Below, piece by piece: positions 57,329 to 64,000 of a stretch of DNA of 64,000 nt; the stretch's first letter is position 1; the number at the start of each line of letters is the position of its first letter. The position numbers were made by a program, and so were the translations under genes. Source of the stretch: Promethearchaeota archaeon (lineage in GTDB: Archaea; Asgardarchaeota; Lokiarchaeia; Sigyniarchaeales; SOKP01); contig JAHPZA010000006.1 of assembly GCA_019058445.1 (NCBI GenBank), positions 960,001 through 1,024,000 of the forward strand, read 5' to 3'. The notes under the pieces were generated by a model that was given only the letters and a program-made list of their open reading frames with translations, was not told the origin of the DNA and searched no databases.

Positions 57329-57523
57329 CTTTTTATACCTCAGATCTTTTTCGCATATCCAGTAATTTTGATTTTTCGGTCATATTTACTTTATTCGTTG
57401 AATTAAAGATCAATAAATTGTAATCATTAATTAAATTAATGAAATTGCGTTTACTTTATTATTATTGCCGATTAAAATGAAGATTTTATGTAAGTAGTAT
57501 TGTTCATAATGGTGAATGGATAC

Positions 57524-58201
57524 ATGATAAAAATAGGAGATAAAACCATAAATCCCACCAAAATTATTTGTGTGGGCACAAATTATATGGATCATATCGA
57601 AGAGACTAAATTGCCAGTACCTAAAGAGCCGGTTCTTTTTCCTAAGACTTTAAACTGCTTAATAAGTGATGGAGACCCTATAATTTATCCAAAATTATTG
57701 TTTAACAATCGTAGGTTAAAAAGGGTAGATTTTGAAGTTGAGCTCGCGTTTATAATAAAGGATAAGTGCAAAGATGTGCCTAAAGATGAGACTTATGAGC
57801 ATGTCCTGGGATATTCCGTTTTTAATGATGTTACGGCTCGTAAAATGCAAACAAAGGATATAGTTTCTCAATTACCCTGGTTTCGCTCAAAATCGCTTGA
57901 TACTTTTGGTCCCATTGGTCCAAGGATCGCGTCTGTTGATGAAATACAAGATCCTCACAATTTAAAGATCGATTTAAAAGTAAATGGAGAAGTAAAGCAA
58001 TCATCTAATACGAGACACTTATTGTTTAAAATTCCGGACTTAATGGAATATATTTCTAGTTTATTTACTATGGAACCAGGGGATATTGTTGCAACAGGTA
58101 CTCCATCTGGGATTAGCCCTGTGTTACCCGGTGATGTAATTGAAGCTACTATTGAGAAAATAGGAACTCTTACAAATAAGGTTTTATTAGAGGGAGATTG
58201 A
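57524..58201 (+). CDS. Fumarylacetoacetate hydrolase family protein, paralog 1
   Basis: KIICVGTNY.DH, DFEVELA, NDVTAR, KSLDTFGPIGP, GDIVATGTPSG. Confidence 0.92.
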   Translation: MIKIGDKTINPTKIICVGTNYMDHIEETKLPVPKEPVLFPKTLNCLISDGDPIIYPKLLFNNRRLKRVDFEVELAFIIKDKCKDVPKDETYEHVLGYSVFNDVTARKMQTKDIVSQLPWFRSKSLDTFGPIGPRIASVDEIQDPHNLKIDLKVNGEVKQSSNTRHLLFKIPDLMEYISSLFTMEPGDIVATGTPSGISPVLPGDVIEATIEKIGTLTNKVLLEGD

Positions 58202-58210
58202 CTGTATTAT

Positions 58211-58882
58211 ATGAAAATTGGAGACCTTGAGATTTTTCCGACGAAAATTATTTGCTTAGGGCGTAATTACGCTGAACATGCCAAAGAGATGAATTCTCAA
58301 GTACCCCCAGAACCTATTTTTTTTGGTAAAACCATTAACTGTCTAATTAAAAACAAGGAACCTATTATTTATCCTCGAATTTTATATGAGAATCCTGAGA
58401 TCAATCGCGTGGATCATGAAGTTGAGCTAGCTTTCATAATAAAAAAGAAATGCAAAAATATCAACCCGGAAGAGTATGAAGATTTTATCCTTGGATATAC
58501 TATTTTTCTCGATATTACGGCTCGAAAGATGCAAAAAAAAGATAGAGGAATTAATCTACCATGGTACCGGTCTAAAAATTTCGATACTTTTGGCCCAATC
58601 GGTCCACAAATAATTGAAGAATGTGAGAATCCTCATAATCTAAAAATTGAATTAAAAGTAAATGGAGAGGTCAAACAGTCATCTAATACAAAGTTTATGA
58701 TATTTAAAATTCCAGAAATCATTGCATATATCTCAAAATATCTTACATTAGACCCAGGAGACATAATTGCTACAGGCACTCCAAGTGGAGTTGGTCCCAT
58801 CCTCCCTGGAGATGTTCTCGAGGCCTCAATTGATAAAATAGGTACCCTAACAAATAAAGTTATATTAGAAGATTCAGATTGA
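58211..58882 (+). CDS. Fumarylacetoacetate hydrolase family protein, paralog 2
   Basis: KIICLGRNY.EH, DHEVELA, DITAR, GDIIATGTPSG. Confidence 0.92.
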   Translation: MKIGDLEIFPTKIICLGRNYAEHAKEMNSQVPPEPIFFGKTINCLIKNKEPIIYPRILYENPEINRVDHEVELAFIIKKKCKNINPEEYEDFILGYTIFLDITARKMQKKDRGINLPWYRSKNFDTFGPIGPQIIEECENPHNLKIELKVNGEVKQSSNTKFMIFKIPEIIAYISKYLTLDPGDIIATGTPSGVGPILPGDVLEASIDKIGTLTNKVILEDSD

Positions 58883-58996
58883 AAAAGTCATATACCATTT
58901 TTTTGAATTTTATTAAATCTTTATAAGGAATTCTGCTAAATCTTTATTATTAATTGAATTCTATGTTTAAATATAAATTTATTTAGGAAAAATTAT

Positions 58997-60064
58997 ATGT
59001 CAGACGAGCCATATATAAAATTACGAGAACATTTGAATGAATTCCCTATTGGTTTTCCCGAAACATCTACGGGAATTGAAATTAAAATCTTAAAACGACT
59101 TTTTACAGAGGAGGAAGCAGAGATTGCTGTATTACTAAACCCTTTACCTGATACTGCTGCTAGAATTGCTAAACGAGCAAAAATGGACAAGAAAGAAATG
59201 GAAGAAAAATTAGAGACAATGTCAAAAAAAGGGCTCATATTTCGAGTTCGAAGGGAAGGAAAAACGTTCTATAATGCTGCTCCATTCATGATTGGGCTGT
59301 ATGAATATTCGGTAAATAAAATTGATAAAGATTTAGCAAAAATGTTTAAAGAGTACTATGATTTAGCTATGGTGGATGAAATGGGAGCAAGTGATGTACC
59401 TGGTTTCAAAGTACTTCCCGTAGATGAGACAATTGAAGCTAATACTGTACTCTATCCGTACCATGAACTTAAGAAAAGTATAAAAAATGCCAGAAAAATT
59501 GCGGTGTATGATTGCATTTGTCGAAAGGAGGCCCGATTATTAGGTCATGGATGTGATTATCCAATGGAAGACACTTGTTTGGCATTCGGAGCTGCAGCTG
59601 AATATTATATTGAAAATGGGATAGCACGAGAAATCACACCTGAAGAATGTATAGAAATTATTGAAAAAACTGATAAAGCAGGCTTGGTTCATGCGGGAGT
59701 GAATTCTAAACACTTGTCGAATATTTGCAATTGTTGCCCCTGCTGTTGTGCTACTATGAAAGGAATTACTAAAAAGGGATACGATAAACATAGATACTTA
59801 AATGCTTTGTTTGAATCTAAAATTGATCAAGAATTATGTATTGGATGTGGCAATTGTGTTGAAACTTGTCCTGTGGATGCGATTACTTTAGATGATATAG
59901 CTGTAGTGAATAGAGAGTTGTGTCTTGGATGTGGATTATGTGCTGGTACCTGTCCGGAAGAGGCTATCACATTACATCTAAGAGATGATGGTGAGGAGCC
60001 GTTTGAGAGGGTAATTGAGCTAGGAAAAGCAATATATGAAGGTAAAAGGAAGATTTCCGATTAA
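58997..60064 (+). CDS. 4Fe-4S dicluster-domain protein with N-terminal helical/HTH-like region
   Basis: CICR, ICNCCPCCC, CIGCGNCVETCP, CLGCGLCAGTCP. Confidence 0.9.
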   Translation: MSDEPYIKLREHLNEFPIGFPETSTGIEIKILKRLFTEEEAEIAVLLNPLPDTAARIAKRAKMDKKEMEEKLETMSKKGLIFRVRREGKTFYNAAPFMIGLYEYSVNKIDKDLAKMFKEYYDLAMVDEMGASDVPGFKVLPVDETIEANTVLYPYHELKKSIKNARKIAVYDCICRKEARLLGHGCDYPMEDTCLAFGAAAEYYIENGIAREITPEECIEIIEKTDKAGLVHAGVNSKHLSNICNCCPCCCATMKGITKKGYDKHRYLNALFESKIDQELCIGCGNCVETCPVDAITLDDIAVVNRELCLGCGLCAGTCPEEAITLHLRDDGEEPFERVIELGKAIYEGKRKISD

Positions 60065-60125
60065 TAAATATACCTTCTAAAACTTAAACTAAAAATTAAA
60101 AAAGAGAAAAAATATCTACAACATA

Positions 60126-60311
60126 ATGACAGAAGAAGTGAGTGAAGAAATTAAAAAAGAAATTTTTGAATTAATTTCGATGCCTGGAGTAGAGATTCAA
60201 GATATTGCAGAAAAATTGAATCTTGACTATGAAAAAGTAATGAATGTTCTTTCTGATGAATATTTGAAACATAATCTCGATTATGGGCGCAGAATGTGCT
60301 GTAGATTTTAA
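60126..60311 (+). CDS. Small hypothetical HTH-like protein
   Basis: EIQDIAEKLNLDYEKVMNVL; ends RRMCCRF. Confidence 0.6.
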   Translation: MTEEVSEEIKKEIFELISMPGVEIQDIAEKLNLDYEKVMNVLSDEYLKHNLDYGRRMCCRF

Positions 60312-60341
60312 ATTTTTAAAATAAAAAAAAGTGTTTTATTT

Positions 60342-61073
60342 TTATTCTTTGACTATCCAGTTTGCAATACGTTCTGGCATAGTCCAACCAATATAATTTA
60401 AGATGGAAGCTGTAATCAATAAAAGTCTTGTTATAACTAAAGATATTGGATTTAATGGAATTGCCGTATCTAGAATACTACCAATGAGGAATACAATAAA
60501 ACCAAGAAAGATAAATTTCCCCTTCCATCGGTTTCTTGCATCTTCTGATTGTAAAGATCTATGCAAGAAGATTATTTGTGTAACTAAAGAAACTACAAGT
60601 ATAAGTAAAATATACCACGTAACAAAGTTTCTAGTTTCAGAGTCAAATCGAGTAACTCTAATAACCAGAAATGAGGGATCAACTACAAGAAAGTACATGA
60701 AAAATATAGTATATAAAATGCCGATTGCTAGCCATATGGAAAAAATTTTCCATTTTGATTTTGGATATATAAGATACGCAAAGGAAAACACCCAAAAGAT
60801 GGTTGTTAATGACAAAAATCCAAAACTTATAAAAACATATAAAGAATCGGATAATTCTAAATCAAAAAATGCGTATAAAATAAACGCAAGGGAAGAGCCC
60901 CACCAACCTGAAGTAACAAATGTCATCATAAGTCCTATTGTAAGGAGCTCAGTTTTTTTATGGGTAAAATACTTTGAAGTAATCTTAAATCCTATAAAAA
61001 TTGAAATTACTACGCTCAGCATAGTTAAAATACCTTGTAATAATTCTAATTGTGTTAAACCTTCTAAGCCCAT
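60342..61073 (-). CDS. Stand-alone seven-TM membrane protein, paralog 1
   Basis: Seven hydrophobic segments; shares ELLTxG, FWxxSFAxLxYPKS, DP, SxDxxxxWxGKF, TR, YxGWxxP with 61264..62004. Confidence 0.8.
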   Translation of the reverse strand: MGLEGLTQLELLQGILTMLSVVISIFIGFKITSKYFTHKKTELLTIGLMMTFVTSGWWGSSLAFILYAFFDLELSDSLYVFISFGFLSLTTIFWVFSFAYLIYPKSKWKIFSIWLAIGILYTIFFMYFLVVDPSFLVIRVTRFDSETRNFVTWYILLILVVSLVTQIIFLHRSLQSEDARNRWKGKFIFLGFIVFLIGSILDTAIPLNPISLVITRLLLITASILNYIGWTMPERIANWIVKE

Positions 61074-61263
61074 AAATATCACTTTTTTTGAAGCGAAATA
61101 AATTAGTAATAATAAAATAAATTTTCTATTTATAAATCTGTTTAATTAAATAAGTGCTGTCATATCCTTACAGCTCTTTGCGAACCTTATCATATCGTTG
61201 ATTTTTCTGTAATATTGTAAATTTCAAAAATATGGGAAAAAAAATAAATAAATTACAAAATTT

Positions 61264-62004
61264 TTAGATTTCTTGCTGCTCTTTTATTACCAATTTAGCG
61301 ATACTTTTCGGTAAAAGCCATCCAAAATAGCTGATTATAGAAGATATAACCCGAAGAGTTCTCGTAAGAATTATAATTAATGCTGTATCTGGAAGAAACA
61401 TACCTATTAACCCAGAAACGGCTCCTATAATCATAGAAATTAGTAAAAACTTTCCTCTCCATTTTATTTTCGGATCTTGTGAACGGAAGCATCTATGTAT
61501 AAAGATTGACATTGTAATTAAAAGTGCCACAACAACAAATAATAAGAAACTGCTAATATATAGAAATGCCTCACCAGTAATTTTTCCCGTTCTACGTCCT
61601 AAACTTTCTGGGTCGGTAAGTAAAAAATACAACAGGAAAATGTCGTATAAAGCACTAATTATTCCAAATATCAGCATAATTTTTTTCACCGATTTTGGAT
61701 AAACTAAAATGGCGAATGAGTACATCCAAAAAAGCAATCCAAGCGGTACTAAGAGATGAAATGATAAATGAAAGACTAGTCCAGGCTCGTAATTATAGAG
61801 AATAATCAAAAAAAAAGTGATTGAACTTGACCAGTACACCACGGACCCGAAAGCTAAACTAATACCTACTGTTAGAAGTTCCCTGCGCTTATATTCTACA
61901 TATTTCCAAGCTATTATTATCCCCACAAATATACCGATTAAATTCGCTAAGGTTGTAAAGATACCATTTATAATGTCTAAATTTGATAAATCGCTTAATG
62001 CCAA
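61264..62004 (-). CDS. Stand-alone seven-TM membrane protein, paralog 2
   Basis: Same architecture and motifs as paralog 1. Confidence 0.8.
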   Translation of the reverse strand: MALSDLSNLDIINGIFTTLANLIGIFVGIIIAWKYVEYKRRELLTVGISLAFGSVVYWSSSITFFLIILYNYEPGLVFHLSFHLLVPLGLLFWMYSFAILVYPKSVKKIMLIFGIISALYDIFLLYFLLTDPESLGRRTGKITGEAFLYISSFLLFVVVALLITMSIFIHRCFRSQDPKIKWRGKFLLISMIIGAVSGLIGMFLPDTALIIILTRTLRVISSIISYFGWLLPKSIAKLVIKEQQEI

Positions 62005-62418
62005 AATAATCCCTTGTTAGTTATTTATTCGTTTAAAAAATTTTTAGGTATATAAATATTGTAGGACGCTAATTTAATATTTATTATTTAAAATATTCCT
62101 TAATACTAGTAGATCTATTTATGTTTATTGTTTATTCGCGAATGTGGCGATATTCGGCGATTCACTTACCTCTCTACACCAGAAAAAGAATATATCGAGC
62201 GAATAATACTACATAAGGAGGGAAAATTGATTTGTAAGGATGTTGATTTCTTTAAATTACACTCAGAAAGAAAATTGCGAAAAAGAGCGGAAAAAAGTGA
62301 AATTGTCTATCGAAAGCATGTGATGAAAATAAAGGATTTTTATCAGGGATTCATAAAATTTTTTAATTTTGCTTTATTTTAAAACACACTAAGTTCAAAA
62401 CATATTTTTAAGGAACTT

Positions 62419-62502
62419 AGGACGCAATTTAATGCGGTTTCAATATACTCAAGATATTGGAATGATATAAAAATATCATAATAAACCTGTGTATTGCGTT
62501 CT
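62419..62502 (+). ncRNA. Candidate structured RNA / ribosomal-protein operon leader
   Basis: Nested stems: 62419..62428/62493..62502, 62436..62440/62483..62487, 62441..62446/62454..62459, 62462..62468/62473..62479. Confidence 0.35.
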
Positions 62503-62558
62503 TTATTCTTTAGGAATAGATTTTGAATTAATTTAATAAAAAAAATTGTTAGATCAAC

Positions 62559-63056
62559 ATGAGCGAGAGAGGTAAAATAGTTGTTCGTGCCATGGTAACG
62601 GGGGGTGCTGCATCAGGAGGACCTCCAATTGGACCAGCCGTGGGGCCAACAGGAATAAACATCAAAGACGTTGTTGATGAAATTAATGCGCAGACTATGG
62701 TCTTTAAGGGGTTAACAGTCCCAGTTAGGATTGAATGTGATGCTGAGACAAAGCAATTTGAAATATTCATTGAAACTCCGTCCACAGCCTCGCTATTATT
62801 AAAAGAGGCGGGATTAGAAAAAGGTTCGAGCAATGCAGGTGAAGAAAAAATCAGTGATGTTACATTTGAACAGATAAAAAATGTAGCCAAAGCGAAGAGA
62901 GACATCTTCTTAGACAAAACATTTAAGGCGTGTGTGAAAACTGTATTAGGTACGGCGTTATCTGTAGGAGTAACTGTTGATGGAGAAGATCCACGAGTGA
63001 TTCAAGAACGGATTGACAATGGAGACTATGATGATATGATAAAGGAGGATACGTAA
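62559..63056 (+). CDS. rpl11: 50S ribosomal protein L11 (uL11), archaeal type
   Basis: GGAASGGPPIGPAVGPTGIN, VPVRI, P.TASLL, VLGTALSVGVTVDG. Confidence 0.97.
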   Translation: MSERGKIVVRAMVTGGAASGGPPIGPAVGPTGINIKDVVDEINAQTMVFKGLTVPVRIECDAETKQFEIFIETPSTASLLLKEAGLEKGSSNAGEEKISDVTFEQIKNVAKAKRDIFLDKTFKACVKTVLGTALSVGVTVDGEDPRVIQERIDNGDYDDMIKEDT

Positions 63057-63057
63057 A

Positions 63058-63786
63058 ATGAAAGTAGATGATAAATTATTAAAAAGGTCGCTTAATGCTG
63101 CGATTGATTTTTCAGTGAAGAAAAAGGAAGGATTTAGCGAGAAAGTGCGTAAATTTGACGAGACCATTGATTTTATAATTAATCTGAAAGATATAAATCT
63201 CAAAGATCCGAAAAGTAGAATTGATAAGGAATTAATATTACCTAATGACGTCATAGCAAAGGATAGTCCTAATATTTGTGTAATTGCGTCTGATGAGATA
63301 TTATTAGAAGCAAAAAGAATTAATGTTGACACATTAGATGCGGATAGCCTAGCTGGGCTAGATCGGGAAGAGAAAAAAGATAAGAAAAAATTTGTCAAAA
63401 AATACGATTTTTTTATTGTCGAAGATAAACTAATGCGAGATGTTGCCAGATATTTAGCGCGATTTTTAGGACCAGTTGGAAAAATGCCTAAACCATTTCC
63501 TACTGGCTATGGGATAATTTCTAGTGTAGAAGATTTAAAAAATGCCTTTGAAAGATATAAAAAAATCATTCGAATACAAGTTAAGAAACATCCAATTGTG
63601 CAGGTCAAAGTGGGGAAGAAATCTATGGAAATTGATAAGATTTTTGAAAATATAAAAGCCATCGTTGACTATATAGCCGATTTAATGCCTCATAAGTATA
63701 ATAACTTTAAATCCATGTTTATTAAAACGACTATGGGTAAATCTATTAAAATTGACGAGGTTTTCTTAAAAAATATAGGTGTATGA
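63058..63786 (+). CDS. rpl1: 50S ribosomal protein L1 (uL1), archaeal type
   Basis: RKFDETIDFIINLKDINL, LGPVGKMPKP, KTTMG; follows rpl11. Confidence 0.96.
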   Translation: MKVDDKLLKRSLNAAIDFSVKKKEGFSEKVRKFDETIDFIINLKDINLKDPKSRIDKELILPNDVIAKDSPNICVIASDEILLEAKRINVDTLDADSLAGLDREEKKDKKKFVKKYDFFIVEDKLMRDVARYLARFLGPVGKMPKPFPTGYGIISSVEDLKNAFERYKKIIRIQVKKHPIVQVKVGKKSMEIDKIFENIKAIVDYIADLMPHKYNNFKSMFIKTTMGKSIKIDEVFLKNIGV

Positions 63787-63790
63787 AAAA

Positions 63791-64000
63791 ATGATTAAAC
63801 AGCATGATATTCCGCAATGGAAATTGGATGAAATTAGTCTATTGGTTGATTTATTTAATAAATACAAAAATGTGGGAGTAATTGAAGTCGGACACATACA
63901 CGATCAACAAATTCAAGCAACTCGAAAGCTTCTGAGAGATAAAGCGATAATTCGAATGTCAAAAAAATCCTTACAAACACGTGCAATCGAAGTATTTGAA
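63791..64000 (+). CDS. rpl10: 50S ribosomal protein L10/P0 (5' part; runs off the right edge)
   Basis: Manual translation MIKQHDIPQWKLDEI...QIQATRKLLRDKAIIRMSKKSL; canonical L11-L1-L10 order. Confidence 0.9.
   Translation, partial: MIKQHDIPQWKLDEISLLVDLFNKYKNVGVIEVGHIHDQQIQATRKLLRDKAIIRMSKKSLQTRAIEVFE

Noticed and set aside
57329-57499. TPP riboswitch upstream of thiW
   Set aside because: The conserved CUGAGA and CCUGA...GCGxAGG elements are not present in the right arrangement; the region is very AT-rich.
60403-61101. 232-aa plus-strand ORF
   Set aside because: Antisense shadow of the 7TM gene; Lys/Asn/Ile-rich with no motifs.
60342-62004. Rhodopsin assignment for the 7TM proteins
   Set aside because: No retinal-binding Lys (DxxxK or SxxxK) in TM7.
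62128-62382. 84-aa ORF as a gene
   Set aside because: TTG start, no recognisable motif or RBS; cannot be supported from the sequence alone.
787-63398. Many 60-146 aa ORFs nested in or antisense to long genes
   Set aside because: They overlap well-supported CDSs; recurrence in the synthetase paralogs reflects shared sense-strand sequence.
1-64000. Selenocysteine read-through (known in Lokiarchaeia)
   Set aside because: TGA-terminated genes (aroD, CMD pair, TetR, SDR, VOC, FAH pair, rpl1) end at family-typical lengths; I saw no split redox gene needing UGA recoding.

Overview
AT-rich archaeal DNA, most consistent with a Lokiarchaeia (Asgard)-type genome. This is an inference from the archaeal rpl11-rpl1-rpl10(P0) genes at the right end, TATA/BRE-like promoters, GGTGA-type RBSs and heavy paralog expansion. 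Most of the window is an accessory catabolic neighbourhood: seven cytoplasmic sulfatase-family genes (six CxPxR, one TxPxR) with a GPH-type MFS importer, a multi-TM MCP-like sensor and an RHH regulator with a paired candidate operator; six FATP/FadD6-type long-chain acyl-CoA synthetases with a carboxylesterase, alpha/beta hydrolase, crotonase and NMO/FabK-like flavoenzyme; and tandem pairs of thiolase-like, CMD/AhpD-like, FAH, small unknown and stand-alone 7TM proteins. The most unusual signal is non-coding: the 3' tail and terminator of adk recur four more times downstream (about 46.5, 45.5, 43.0 and 41.7 kb), each closing a different gene module. The longest copy is a mostly synonymously diverged adk allele, which suggests repeated gene accretion anchored on the adk 3' end with no integrase in the window. 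Other candidates are a TetR double palindrome, a conserved hairpin leader on two divergent small genes and a multibranch RNA upstream of rpl11. I recognised no tRNA, rRNA, CRISPR array, transposase or integrase. All alignments and folds were done by eye.
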